From: a virus
Taxonomy: Duplodnaviria; Caudoviricetes
Virus record (IMG/VR): IMGVR_UViG_3300037797_000094
Span: 1 to 62,308 of that record
Strand: one strand, 5' to 3'
DNA length: 62,308 nt
This document shows, piece after piece, positions 31,819-42,416 of the stretch; position 1 is the stretch's first letter, and every line of letters begins with the position of its first letter. The translations under genes and the position numbers were made by a program. The notes beneath the pieces are model-generated. The model searched no databases. It was not told the DNA's origin and saw only the letters and a list, made by a program, of their open reading frames with translations.

Positions 31819-33324
31819 TTAACGACAAGGTTCTCGAATTTTGAAGTAGTTAAGTTTCATTGAGTAGAAATATGTATCGAACGCCCAGCCGAAGAAAACA
31901 CCAGCTACAGTAAAAGACTGAGCTCCTAGTTTCTCCGCAGTCCATGATTCCGGTTCATCATCAGGCGGATGCCATGCTTTAAGGTGTGAACCCTCAGCAT
32001 CAGCTCTTAATCTAATACGTACTGGTCTTGGTCCGAGTCCCGTCCAAGCAGTGATGGTACCGAAAACTCTAGGTTGCCCAGGAATACGAACATCATATTG
32101 CCAAGTATCACTCCCCGAGTTATCGTTGAAATATATCCCACCAAAACTGCGAGTTGCTGAAGGAGATAGAGAAGACTCCACATAGAGTTCTATATTCAGT
32201 GTTTTTGGTGGAGATCCTCCATGGATGCGTGCGAAGTCAACCTCCACCTCAATATCAACGGGTAAGGGAGTTGGAAGTGCGAGTCCTCGGTGATACGGAC
32301 GAGTTTGGTCAAGTGGATCTGCATTATTGTTAGTAGCAACTCCACTACTACCATCTGTACTCCACTCATTCTCTTGTCCAGGTTCTTCACTATACCACGG
32401 AATCCACTCACCAAGTGGGCCAGTACCCCACCCACCACCAGAGCTACCACAATCCAAGCCTTCGGTCACCTCGATGTTGTCAACCGAATATGCAACCTCG
32501 GTAGTTCCTGCAACACCATTAAACTGAATCGGTGTCAGCACATTTCCTACATCAGTATCATCAAATGACCACGCAGCTGGTTCTGAGTCTTCAGTATTCC
32601 AAGCTTTAACTTGAACTCGACTCGCTGAATTACGAATACGGATTTCGTAGTTCGTCCCAAGTGGTACATCTACAGCAGGAGTTGACCCTTGTGCAATGAT
32701 CTGTACGCCCTGACTTGGAGAACCACCACCAAACTTGAGAAACGTGAGAATAGAGCCACCGAACTGTACACTTCCGTTAGAACCACCCGTTCTTCCCCAC
32801 GTGTTGGTCATTGAGAATCTGATTTCTACTGGCTGAACAGCATCAGTCAGTGTCAATTGCATGAACTTTGGTGATGACCCATCGCTAACAAACTTTGCTA
32901 CCGAACCATCAACACTCCACGGACTCGTGGAACCTCCACCCAACAGAGTCCAAGGGTAACTAAGAATCTCACTAGTTCCCCAACCATCCGTCGAGCTGCG
33001 CGTGAAGGTATCAATACAACTTAATGGAGTAGCTCCAACAATCCGATCAAATTCATCAATACACAGAATCCGAGGATGATTGCCCAAAAGAACTTCTAAT
33101 TGACCGCGATAGGAGATTACAGTAATCGGAGTACCGGCTGGGAACTTCCTCCCACCACCAAAGTCACCTGTGGCCACACGTGCTTTATAAGCAGAAGCAG
33201 TAGAAGACCTGGCTAAACTAACTAAAACGTATTGACCAATTCCATCGTACTCTTCAGCCAGTCTACCACGGAACAATCTAGCTGGTAATCTACTCTCATG
33301 AAGTAATTCTTGGCGAGGGCTCAT
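31819..33324 (-). CDS. Tail tip or receptor-binding protein
   Basis: Last tail gene; DxFxR..GWG beta-rich modules; N-terminus paralogous to 33321-33587. Confidence 0.7.
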   Translation of the reverse strand: MSPRQELLHESRLPARLFRGRLAEEYDGIGQYVLVSLARSSTASAYKARVATGDFGGGRKFPAGTPITVISYRGQLEVLLGNHPRILCIDEFDRIVGATPLSCIDTFTRSSTDGWGTSEILSYPWTLLGGGSTSPWSVDGSVAKFVSDGSSPKFMQLTLTDAVQPVEIRFSMTNTWGRTGGSNGSVQFGGSILTFLKFGGGSPSQGVQIIAQGSTPAVDVPLGTNYEIRIRNSASRVQVKAWNTEDSEPAAWSFDDTDVGNVLTPIQFNGVAGTTEVAYSVDNIEVTEGLDCGSSGGGWGTGPLGEWIPWYSEEPGQENEWSTDGSSGVATNNNADPLDQTRPYHRGLALPTPLPVDIEVEVDFARIHGGSPPKTLNIELYVESSLSPSATRSFGGIYFNDNSGSDTWQYDVRIPGQPRVFGTITAWTGLGPRPVRIRLRADAEGSHLKAWHPPDDEPESWTAEKLGAQSFTVAGVFFGWAFDTYFYSMKLNYFKIREPCR

Positions 33325-33587
33325 TTAGCACCCAATGAGATGATCTCAAGTTGCCCGCGATATGAGATTACCGTGACTAGACTACCATTCGGAATCTTCT
33401 GGTTTGTCCCAAAATCTCCGGAAGCAATACGAGCTTTATACGCAGATGACACAGAACCACTAGACAAAGAAACTAAAACATATTGACCGATTCCATCGTA
33501 TTCTTCTGCCAATCTACCACGGAATGCTCTAGGACGGTTCTCTTGTTTACTAAGTTCTTTAACTCGGCGCTGTAGTGTAGTTCTCAT
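33321..33587 (-). CDS. Small tail protein
   Basis: Shares FRGRLAEEYDGIGQYVLVSL...VISYRGQLE with the next gene. Confidence 0.75.
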   Translation of the reverse strand: MRTTLQRRVKELSKQENRPRAFRGRLAEEYDGIGQYVLVSLSSGSVSSAYKARIASGDFGTNQKIPNGSLVTVISYRGQLEIISLGAK

Positions 33588-36202
33588 TCCAACAAGCTCG
33601 TATCAATAGTAGAGAGTTGCCTTGGCTGAGTACTCTGGTTAATTTCCACAGAGATGCCTTCAACTCTCACGTCTTTGGAAACTCCATTGGCATCAATCCA
33701 GGTGATTGGGTCCATGCGCCATAGATCTAGCAGCAGTGGGATGGGTCCACCTGGAGATTGACCAAGTTTACCGCGACGAATCTCTTCTCTTGCTCGTTCA
33801 GCAACATCATCTTGAGTAAGTAACTCTGGGAGATCGAAGTAGGACTGGATCATTCTATCTCTAGCCCTAGCATCTGGTCCATCAATCTCAAACCAAGTAT
33901 CTTCATTTCCATCTATTGAAGCTAAGTTAATACGGCGGTTTGCTTCACCCACTTCTTCGGTGGAAATGATCTCATCTTCTAGAGTCCTAGTAGGAATGGT
34001 ATCTTTGAACTTTCCAACGTGAATAAATCCATCCCTCCACATTAGTTCAAGCTTTTCAGCTTCAATCAATTGACGGAGAGAGTCAGCAGCAGTTGGCAAG
34101 TCAGTTTGAGGACCCCAGAGCAAGGCATATTGTCGAGCAATAGCTCCACCAACAATAGCATCATGATAATCACCAAGAGCTAGTGCTTGCCTTACGAGAT
34201 CCTCACTACTATAGTCATACTCAAGATCTTCAAATACGAAGTTGTTAAAGGCAAATGTTGTAGATTTACCGATTCCTACATATCCTGGTTTATGGATCTT
34301 GGTAGGATCAGTTTGCCAAACGGTTGGAGCATATTCATTCACTAGGACATTGTTAGCATAAAGTTCAAACTTAGTCCATAGAACTCTTACACCAATTCTA
34401 CTAATTGTTGGGAAACCAGTTTCAGATGCAATCTGTTCTTCGACTCCATCAATTGCTTGATAAACAAGAACTTGGTTAGTTCCATTGTAAGACAGCTTAA
34501 TATAGTTATCTTCATCTTGCCAACGGAAGAAGATATCTATTGCGCCACCACCGAAACTAATATGGAAGAATGGATTATACCCCTTCCAGCCTGTCCATAA
34601 AGCTGATCCACTGCCAGTTACCTGAAGAGTAGTATCACTAACTTTTTCTGGTTCACCTCTCGGGAAGTAGTAGTTAAAAGCTTCATTGGTTTTACCGGGC
34701 TTCCAGTCTTGGAATACAGTTTTGCCAATGAAGTTAAACACATCCCTCATTGGGTTCTCTAGTCGTGCCCAGATATCCCCAAATTCGATACTAATACGCT
34801 GAGCCTCTTTTGTAATAGATCCAGTGACGCGTTTGCTCCAGAAATCACCCAACTGAGCATATTCGTAGTCTGATCCTGTCTTAATTCCAGGTTCAATGAT
34901 TAACCTTCTATCGTTCAGATCAATTATCTCATCATTGACGCCGCCTGGATTAGCAACAACTGCATGACCAGAACCGGTCTGATTATCTCTTGGCAGATCC
35001 CAACTAACCTGTGGAACATAGTTAGTTATATCATATTCCACAGAAGTATTGGGACGGCGCCAAACCCCGCCGTTCCCACAAGCATAGACAAAAGAGCCAG
35101 ATTCAACTACTCCAGCGAACCCTACTCCACCACCAAAGCTTGTATGAACCGGCTCACTCCAAACTAGCCCGTCCTTAGATCTCTGCCAGACAAGAGCAAC
35201 TCTTAGATTAGTGGTACTCGCAAATTCTTCATCAGTATGCAATTCACTATAGAACAGGTAGAAGAATCCATCTGACAGTCTAGTGATCACCGGCCACTGG
35301 ATCACGTTGTGACCGACTCCACCGGATAATCCACGAACTAGGCGTTGTGGGGTGTAATCTACTAGATCATCTTGAGTAAATGGACGGAGTATTGTAGTGA
35401 TAGATTCTCCAGTAGATACAGAATCTATTGGAGAGTACAAAGGATAACTGACAATCCTGATTACTTGACTATCATCTCTATCAATGCTAATTGCCGAGTT
35501 CCTCTGCCAATAAAAGTTCCAAGTAGCTTCTATTGGAGTAGTAGTTGTAATATCATCGGTGAACCATACTTGAAGTTGCCTGGTCTGTGGTCCAGATATC
35601 TCTGGAGAAGGTCCTTGGATGAATACACCCTCTTCAACTACACTGATCCACAAAGCATCTTTAAGTTGTTGACCATTAGATTCTTTGTGACAAGCAAGCT
35701 TCATAACACCTGCTTTGGACCACACCAATGAGTTGTTCTTGAAGACTCCACTAGCTTTAGCATGATAGATTGCATAAGTACTCGCAGTGTCTGGAGCTAC
35801 GGCTACAGCATAGTTGGTGTCACCGTTGTAGGTATTCCAAGATTCCCACTGAGAGGCTACTGTAGGGTCGGTAATTTCCTGAGACTCCACCACTCGGGTA
35901 GTGGGGTTAATTCTGACACGGACGATAGTTCCGTTATCAAGAACGCATACATCGCTCTGTCCACGATAGGCCCAATATCCTTGATCCCAGATAGGTGGAT
36001 CAGTATGACTGACATCTGGAACGCCTAAGTTTTCTCCGGCAAAGTTCTCCCATCGATTAGACCTCTCATCAATGAGTCTAATCTTGAGAGCTGTCTCTCT
36101 CACTTGAGCTTGCTGTGCCGCTAGGAGTGCTCCAGAAATCCTCCCATAGTCACCATCTGCATCACCATATTCAGTTCCATCACCATATATGGTCAGTGCC
36201 AT
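33584..36202 (-). CDS. Large minor tail or hub protein
   Basis: Position after tape measure; beta-rich. Confidence 0.7.
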   Translation of the reverse strand: MALTIYGDGTEYGDADGDYGRISGALLAAQQAQVRETALKIRLIDERSNRWENFAGENLGVPDVSHTDPPIWDQGYWAYRGQSDVCVLDNGTIVRVRINPTTRVVESQEITDPTVASQWESWNTYNGDTNYAVAVAPDTASTYAIYHAKASGVFKNNSLVWSKAGVMKLACHKESNGQQLKDALWISVVEEGVFIQGPSPEISGPQTRQLQVWFTDDITTTTPIEATWNFYWQRNSAISIDRDDSQVIRIVSYPLYSPIDSVSTGESITTILRPFTQDDLVDYTPQRLVRGLSGGVGHNVIQWPVITRLSDGFFYLFYSELHTDEEFASTTNLRVALVWQRSKDGLVWSEPVHTSFGGGVGFAGVVESGSFVYACGNGGVWRRPNTSVEYDITNYVPQVSWDLPRDNQTGSGHAVVANPGGVNDEIIDLNDRRLIIEPGIKTGSDYEYAQLGDFWSKRVTGSITKEAQRISIEFGDIWARLENPMRDVFNFIGKTVFQDWKPGKTNEAFNYYFPRGEPEKVSDTTLQVTGSGSALWTGWKGYNPFFHISFGGGAIDIFFRWQDEDNYIKLSYNGTNQVLVYQAIDGVEEQIASETGFPTISRIGVRVLWTKFELYANNVLVNEYAPTVWQTDPTKIHKPGYVGIGKSTTFAFNNFVFEDLEYDYSSEDLVRQALALGDYHDAIVGGAIARQYALLWGPQTDLPTAADSLRQLIEAEKLELMWRDGFIHVGKFKDTIPTRTLEDEIISTEEVGEANRRINLASIDGNEDTWFEIDGPDARARDRMIQSYFDLPELLTQDDVAERAREEIRRGKLGQSPGGPIPLLLDLWRMDPITWIDANGVSKDVRVEGISVEINQSTQPRQLSTIDTSLLE

Positions 36203-36204
36203 TC

Positions 36205-36843
36205 TTAATCCCTGAATACAAATACAACAGAAAGATCTTCACCGGGAGTACTGCTACCTACAGCTTCTATATCAAGAGTAATGATAGCACCTGATGGATA
36301 GGTTACTAAGTTTGAAGAAGGTTGACCATATCTAGTCGCCCCAGGAGCAAACCTAACTCCGAGCCCCACTGAAGCGCCCCACACATTAGTAGGACCTACC
36401 AATACTTTGAAAGCTGCAGTTGCTCCAGACGGACCTCGCCTAAGTACTGCAGAGATATTTTCAATCTTACCAGTTCTACCGATTGCAATTGGTGCAGCTA
36501 GATTAGAACCAACTAATGCAGAACCTGGTCGAATAATCTGAGCAGTCCATCTCTCATAATCATAGAGTTGTCCGCCCTGTGGCATGGTGATATTGGAGGG
36601 ATTGATTGGCGCTCCTTGACCAGAAGCCCCATCATGAACATGGCCAGCTGTAGGATGTCCTAATCTATAGTCTAGTGAAGTAGGAGCTGCAGTATTTCTA
36701 ATACCAATCTTAGCTTCAATAGCTTTGATAGCTTCTTTGGTGTTATTGTGGTGTGCCGCCTGTAGAGTACTTACTCCATCAGATACATCATGGAGTGAAG
36801 TATCATCGTCCAGTGCGGTTGGGAAGTTTGTATTACCGGCCAT
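36205..36843 (-). CDS. Minor tail protein
   Basis: TNFPTALD...HHNN..AIxAIEAKIG motif typical of virion fibre N-termini. Confidence 0.65.
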   Translation of the reverse strand: MAGNTNFPTALDDDTSLHDVSDGVSTLQAAHHNNTKEAIKAIEAKIGIRNTAAPTSLDYRLGHPTAGHVHDGASGQGAPINPSNITMPQGGQLYDYERWTAQIIRPGSALVGSNLAAPIAIGRTGKIENISAVLRRGPSGATAAFKVLVGPTNVWGASVGLGVRFAPGATRYGQPSSNLVTYPSGAIITLDIEAVGSSTPGEDLSVVFVFRD

Positions 36844-37286
36844 TACCCTTCCTCGAACTGGACTTGAACGTCAATTTCCACAGGGTCTACTACTTCACTC
36901 GGGAAGATAATAAAGCTCTGCTCAACTGGATCGGGAGCCCAGTGAACATTGTAGATACCCTCTGGAGCCTGCATAATTAGCAGCCCCTTGTGATTCCACA
37001 TCTCTTTGAGTCGTTGTAGTTGTACCGCTGCATTTACTTCGACTAATCCATCAAAAGCATCTCTACAACGAATCATGAATGATGGCCATCGTTTGAACCC
37101 AGGGCCATTGTCATAGATCCATTTGAACTTGCCATTCTGATTGTGGACTACATCGTACTGGATATGTCTGGGCTCAGCAGGCGGCTGATAACCATCAGTA
37201 AGGAAAGAATATGTAGCTGCCGCCGTGGAGCCAGATGGTCCAGTATAGGTTGCATGTGAGAGGACAATGAGTGCCGTAGGGTTCAT
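36843..37286 (-). CDS. Distal-tail-like protein
   Basis: Immediately after tape measure. Confidence 0.55.
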   Translation of the reverse strand: MNPTALIVLSHATYTGPSGSTAAATYSFLTDGYQPPAEPRHIQYDVVHNQNGKFKWIYDNGPGFKRWPSFMIRCRDAFDGLVEVNAAVQLQRLKEMWNHKGLLIMQAPEGIYNVHWAPDPVEQSFIIFPSEVVDPVEIDVQVQFEEG

Positions 37287-40015
37287 CCTAGAGCCTCCGA
37301 CATAACCTCTCGGACCTTACGACCGAAGCGCTGCTTGTCAGCATAAGGATCATCAGACCTATTGATGATGAACGTCTGATTCCCAGCAGGGCCACGTCGA
37401 TCGCGCTTGATAGCTTCACTAACCTTATTTCCAAGGATTACGCCCAGTTCTCCACCACCTTCTCCGAAGTGGATGTTACTCCCGAACGGGGTTCTAGCAT
37501 TGTTCAAGTCAATGATACCGCCAGACTGGAATCTCTCAAGTACTCTACCGCCTTGAGCTCTTGCGATAAGATTCTCAATCTTAGATTCAGTCTGTGAAAT
37601 AGTAGAACGCAAAGGATCTAGGAAATCGTTAATGAATTCTTGTGGTAATCCTGTTGCTGTAGCATAGGCTTGTAGCTCCGCTAATGCCCTCTTAGCTCCA
37701 GCAAGCTGACCAATCAAGCCGATGGCATCACCGTAGGTTCTTGCACCTAATAGTGATGCTCTAAGGATTTCCGTATTAGCTTTATCTGCATAGAAGACAG
37801 CCAGATCTGCCTTCTCTCTTTCTGCCTTAATCTGCGCTTCAAGAGCCTGTCGTCGTGACTCAGTTTCCTGCCGATCTCTCTCTTGAGAAGCTTTCAGATC
37901 TTCTTGTAGTTTCTTAGCTCTAAGCCTAGCAGTCTCTTCTGCTTCAGCTCGTTTGATTTCTTCAGCATTCTGCTCAATTTCTACTTGAAGTGCAATCTGT
38001 TCTCGGCGGTCTTGAAGCGCCTGAATCTCCGCTTGTCGCTGTCTTTGAGCAGCTTCAATAGCGGCTTGAACTCTCTCTTGTTCAAGCTCCATTGCTTCAA
38101 TAGCTGCTTCTCGTCTTTCATTGGCAACTTCTTGGATTGCTGCAACTGCGTCTCTCTCTTCTTCAATTGCACCAATCTGTTCTTCTCGCTTAAGCTGAGC
38201 TTGCTGTGCAAGTAGAGCTCTAGTCTCCTGAGCACGTCGCTGGAGGAAATCACCGATAGTTTCGCCCTGCTGTCGAGCAGATCTCTGGCCAAGTTTGAAT
38301 TGAATCTCAAGTAGCTTATTAACCTTATCTTGAGCTTCGCCTTCCTTGCGGATGGCTTCAATTCTCTCATCAAAGACTTTAAGAGCTTCTCGATCTCGCT
38401 TATCTTGTGCTTGGTCCGCACGTCGTGCCGCACGAATTCTTGCATTGATGGCATCAAGAGAAGCCTGCTCTAGTTGTCCGGCTCTCTGTAAAGCATTGAT
38501 TCTTGCATCAATGGCCACAAGGGCAGTTCTACCACTAAGCTGATCAAGACGGACAGACTCACCCTGGAATCTAATACGCTGCTCCAATAGCAGCAAAGCT
38601 CTCTGTTCTTCTAACTGCTGGATTCGAGAAGCTGCAGCTGATCGGGCCTGTGCCTCTGCCATCTCATCAATGGTCTGAACAATCTTACGTGTTCTAGCAC
38701 TAACCCCAGTATCACTCAGAGCTGCTAGTTGATCTTCAAGACCCGTGATTCGAAGCCCAGAGATTCTCCTAATGGCATTAGCAAGAGCATCTTGAGCAAA
38801 TGTCGCCCTACTAGCTGCGGCTGCAGCCAGATCTTCCGCAAGCGCTAGTTCTCTTTGTTCACGGGCAGCATCATCACTTGACAGAGCAAGATCTTTAACG
38901 ACTCGATTATAAACTTCTAGTTCAGCTGCATCAAGTCGAGTTGTATCCCCGGTTTGAATAGCTTGCTCAATTCTAATGAATCCAGGAGTTCCACCCGGTC
39001 TCCCAATCGGTAAACCACTAGCTTCAACAGCAAGCTTGATGTATTCACGGATAGTTTCATTACGTAGATTTTCTCCATGACGGAGAACTTCAACTATATC
39101 TTTGAGTTCAGCAGTTTCTTCAACTAACTTCTGTGTAGCTACAGCAGCAGCTAAGATCGCTGGGTCAAGACTTTCGGCTGCACCACCATATTCTTTGAGT
39201 ACTCTAGTAGCTGCCTCAAGATCACTTATACCTTCTTCTGCAGCTAGTTTATTTACTTGCTCAACTACACCAGCAAGAGCTTCTCTAGCTTTGTTTGCTG
39301 GATCAAAAATATCCTTAAGAATATTACCGATAGCTTCTAATCCAGCTTGTGCTGCAGCAAAGCCTACGCCAATGACAGCACCACCTAAAATACCGCCAGC
39401 AGCACCCAAAGCAAGAGAACCAAGTTTTGGAACTAGTTGTGCTCTAATCTGTGTTAAGTTGAACAGCTGTCTTTCTGTTTGAACCTGCTGCTGTCCAATT
39501 GCACGATTTCTCTCATTTTCTTTTCGGATCTGTGCTCTAGAGCGAACTTCACGTTGTGCAATACCAGCTCTAATCTTATCTTCATTGACAAGAAGATCTA
39601 ATTCTTCACTACTAAGTTCAGTCCTCTTGATTAATTCCTTAGTAAGTGTTTCAGCATTTGCTTTAGCTTCTTTACCTGTTTCCCTAGTAAAATCTCTAAT
39701 CTTAAGGATTTCTTTAGCTTCATCTCTACTTAAGGTCAAACGAAGCTTCTGGATCTTCTCGATGACAGCTTGATCAGCTGCCTGTTGCTTAAGAGCCTTG
39801 GAGGTACGAGCATCACTCAGCTGACTAAAATTCTCAAGGCGCTTTAGATCTGCTTCCAGTTGCTTAACCCGCTCAGCATCATATTGTGTAAGGAACTCCA
39901 CAATAACTCGGAGTGCACCTGCACCGACACCTCGCGGACCACCAACAGCTCCAAGTCCTGAAAGACCTGTGGTGGTTCTAGGTGGACCTGTGTTTACTGG
40001 CGGCCTGAACGTCAT
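37283..40015 (-). CDS. Tape measure protein
   Basis: 910 aa Ala/Glu/Gln/Arg-rich helical protein with Gly/Ala hydrophobic segment, following the chaperone genes. Confidence 0.88.
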   Translation of the reverse strand: MTFRPPVNTGPPRTTTGLSGLGAVGGPRGVGAGALRVIVEFLTQYDAERVKQLEADLKRLENFSQLSDARTSKALKQQAADQAVIEKIQKLRLTLSRDEAKEILKIRDFTRETGKEAKANAETLTKELIKRTELSSEELDLLVNEDKIRAGIAQREVRSRAQIRKENERNRAIGQQQVQTERQLFNLTQIRAQLVPKLGSLALGAAGGILGGAVIGVGFAAAQAGLEAIGNILKDIFDPANKAREALAGVVEQVNKLAAEEGISDLEAATRVLKEYGGAAESLDPAILAAAVATQKLVEETAELKDIVEVLRHGENLRNETIREYIKLAVEASGLPIGRPGGTPGFIRIEQAIQTGDTTRLDAAELEVYNRVVKDLALSSDDAAREQRELALAEDLAAAAASRATFAQDALANAIRRISGLRITGLEDQLAALSDTGVSARTRKIVQTIDEMAEAQARSAAASRIQQLEEQRALLLLEQRIRFQGESVRLDQLSGRTALVAIDARINALQRAGQLEQASLDAINARIRAARRADQAQDKRDREALKVFDERIEAIRKEGEAQDKVNKLLEIQFKLGQRSARQQGETIGDFLQRRAQETRALLAQQAQLKREEQIGAIEEERDAVAAIQEVANERREAAIEAMELEQERVQAAIEAAQRQRQAEIQALQDRREQIALQVEIEQNAEEIKRAEAEETARLRAKKLQEDLKASQERDRQETESRRQALEAQIKAEREKADLAVFYADKANTEILRASLLGARTYGDAIGLIGQLAGAKRALAELQAYATATGLPQEFINDFLDPLRSTISQTESKIENLIARAQGGRVLERFQSGGIIDLNNARTPFGSNIHFGEGGGELGVILGNKVSEAIKRDRRGPAGNQTFIINRSDDPYADKQRFGRKVREVMSEALG

Positions 40016-40347
40016 ACCGCTCTATACCACTTCCTCCGCTCCTCTGGGAGCGAATCTATATCCACAGATGGTTCGACTTCCTTATCTTCAGCTTGTTGGA
40101 GCTTTCTAAACTCTTCAAACGGGTCTTTAGTCTTAAGAGCAAAGCCCCAGTGTCGTTCATCCCAACGCTGTCGATCCCACTCTTCTTCTATTGCTGTGAG
40201 TTCTGGGTAGGTGAGGTCGAGAGCTCCGACTCTGTCAAAGCCGGAGAGTCTGAGCCTTGCATAGATGGCGTCTTCGGAGTCTCGCTTTCTTCGTTTTGCC
40301 CCGAGTCGTTCTTTCCACCATCCGGCACCGGGGCTTGGAAGTTTGGG
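40012..40347 (-). CDS. -1 frameshift extension of tail assembly chaperone (gpGT-like)
   Basis: Slippery C CCA AAC at 40347-40341; -1 frame open to a TGA overlapping the tape measure ATG. Confidence 0.8.
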   Translation of the reverse strand, partial: PKLPSPGAGWWKERLGAKRRKRDSEDAIYARLRLSGFDRVGALDLTYPELTAIEEEWDRQRWDERHWGFALKTKDPFEEFRKLQQAEDKEVEPSVDIDSLPEERRKWYRAV

Positions 40348-40706
40348 TCGACAAGATTTCTGATATGAGAGAGTCCGTTAACATCCATCGACGCAAGAAT
40401 AAGCTCAAGGATTTCACCCCAAGTTCTATGTGAGTACTTGGACTCTTCCTCGCCCGGGTACCCCATTCGAAGAATCTTGAGTGGATCCTTGAGCTTATCT
40501 TGAGCATAGGCTTGCATCTGCGGAACGCCCTCCGGATCCGTGTAAGCCTTAATCTGTAGATTTGTCACTTCAATGAATTGCTCAACGATCTCATTACCAA
40601 GATCATTACGATCCATCCATTGAAGTGGTTTTGCTTCAAGAGTAATCCCATCATCCAACTCTATGATGATAGATGCTCTTTTAGCTACTCGCCGCCTCTC
40701 TGCCAT
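40188..40706 (-). CDS. Tail assembly chaperone (gpG-like)
   Basis: Between major tail and tape measure genes; contains the slippery site. Confidence 0.8.
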   Translation of the reverse strand: MAERRRVAKRASIIIELDDGITLEAKPLQWMDRNDLGNEIVEQFIEVTNLQIKAYTDPEGVPQMQAYAQDKLKDPLKILRMGYPGEEESKYSHRTWGEILELILASMDVNGLSHIRNLVDPNFQAPVPDGGKNDSGQNEESETPKTPSMQGSDSPALTESELSTSPTQNSQQ

Positions 40707-40715
40707 CTTTAACTC

Positions 40716-41342
40716 CTAAATAATCTCATACCAACGACCATAGGCATCACCAGGTTCAATGACAGTTCCCAACTGTGGGAATGCATTGAACTCCAACGGT
40801 GGGCTAGCCGGATCATTCTTATCAAACCGGAAGGTCTTCTCGCCTCCACCAATCTTAGCACGGCGGAAGACAAACATAAGAACTTTACCAGTTTCCTCCT
40901 TCGGGAAGACAACTGCCATACGTCGTTCAGTAGGCTTGTTAGAACCACTATCCAGCGGAATCATGACTTGGGTTGCACCAGTGGTAGAAACCACAGTAGG
41001 AGTACCCATATCAAAGGCGATGCCCATCTGAGCTCGGTCGAGCACTTCAGCCAACTGAGTAGTGATATTGTATCCACGGTCAGTAACGTGGGAATCATAA
41101 GATCCAACGAACTGATCTACATCACTTAGTACCGTTACGTCAAGGTTCTTGCCGACGTTGATCCCACCACGAGTCAAACCGAATGTACTCCATCCAGTGG
41201 CAGCAGCTCCACCTGTAGGATCAATTACCTGCTGCACCAGAACGGGCATCGGAAGAGTTACTGGTGCATAAAGAACTTTTGCAGGTCCTCGTAGCGTATT
41301 AAGGAATTCGATCCCGTTTTCTAGAATATTTCTCTGAGCCAT
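40716..41342 (-). CDS. Major tail protein
   Basis: GPAKVLYAP; FGLTRGG; position in operon. Confidence 0.8.
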   Translation of the reverse strand: MAQRNILENGIEFLNTLRGPAKVLYAPVTLPMPVLVQQVIDPTGGAAATGWSTFGLTRGGINVGKNLDVTVLSDVDQFVGSYDSHVTDRGYNITTQLAEVLDRAQMGIAFDMGTPTVVSTTGATQVMIPLDSGSNKPTERRMAVVFPKEETGKVLMFVFRRAKIGGGEKTFRFDKNDPASPPLEFNAFPQLGTVIEPGDAYGRWYEII

Positions 41343-41343
41343 G

Positions 41344-41883
41344 TTACCTCACCTGACTACCGCGGGCGAAGACTTTAGTAACTGTATCAGCTACTTGTAA
41401 TTGCACTACCTCTCCTAGTCTAGCAAGTTCCGCCTCTCCTTGTTCTCTCAGTACATCTCTGCCGAAACCTGGATGACGTACTCGTTTGGAGAATACAATA
41501 CCACCAGCTTCTTTCCAAAAGAACCTCAAAACTTTCTTTTGGCTTGGGAAGATAAAGTATGGATCTTTCTTGAATTCAGATTCTCTCAAAAGTTCTGTAA
41601 AATACTTTACCTCCCGAAAAGCTCCAATTCTTAGACGTACTGAAGTCCCTCTCTTACCTGGCCTGAGTTCCAAACTAATGGACTGTGCCGCTCGACCACT
41701 ACCCTCACCACTCGTGAAGTGGGCCTGAACAGCCTCCCGCATCCGGGTTTCTACATCATCTTTCTCTTTAAGTATTGCTTCGTTGATTCTCTCAACTACC
41801 GAAGTACGAAACTCAATTGACTTGCTAACTGCTTCTTTAGTTCCCCGAATGTTAACACGGAGAGGTACACCGATCGTTGGCAT
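41344..41883 (-). CDS. Tail completion protein (HK97 gp10-like)
   Basis: IFP..KKVLRF...VFSKRVRHPG motif. Confidence 0.7.
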   Translation of the reverse strand: MPTIGVPLRVNIRGTKEAVSKSIEFRTSVVERINEAILKEKDDVETRMREAVQAHFTSGEGSGRAAQSISLELRPGKRGTSVRLRIGAFREVKYFTELLRESEFKKDPYFIFPSQKKVLRFFWKEAGGIVFSKRVRHPGFGRDVLREQGEAELARLGEVVQLQVADTVTKVFARGSQVR

Positions 41884-42416
41884 TAGTGTTGACTCTCGCC
41901 ATCTTCACTAGTAATCCACTGTACGTTGGTGACAAATCCAGCAAGCCAAACCTTTTCATCCTCTTGGTCAGATTGCATACTTCCTGAGAAGCGAGTACTC
42001 ATATAGAGGAACTCTCGGATTGTAAAGGGTTTGGTATTAGAAGCTACGCTTTCATGGAGATAACGGTGAACATTAATGAAGTGTTCAACAAATCTTTGAT
42101 ATCGCTTGCACCGTTTATCTGCCGTCTGCTCATCTGTGGCGCTTACCATCCCAACGATAGCTCCATCATACTGAGAGTAGAATAAGCTTTCATTGGATGG
42201 GATGATTTGCTTATCCAAGCAGTCAACACCAATCAGAGGCAATTTTTCAAGCTCAGCTTCAATAACTCCACCAACTAATGAGATAGAACTGATCTGAGGA
42301 ACTATCAAGTTGATTTTATCTGAACCACCAAAACTGGCTTGCAGATCATCCAGGTATTCTTCTGCATGAGAACGAAGATGATCAGCTGTGAGATCAGCAA
42401 GCTGTTCTTGAAACAT
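41883..42416 (-). CDS. Putative tail terminator or neck protein
   Basis: Position and size. Confidence 0.5.
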   Translation of the reverse strand: MFQEQLADLTADHLRSHAEEYLDDLQASFGGSDKINLIVPQISSISLVGGVIEAELEKLPLIGVDCLDKQIIPSNESLFYSQYDGAIVGMVSATDEQTADKRCKRYQRFVEHFINVHRYLHESVASNTKPFTIREFLYMSTRFSGSMQSDQEDEKVWLAGFVTNVQWITSEDGESQH

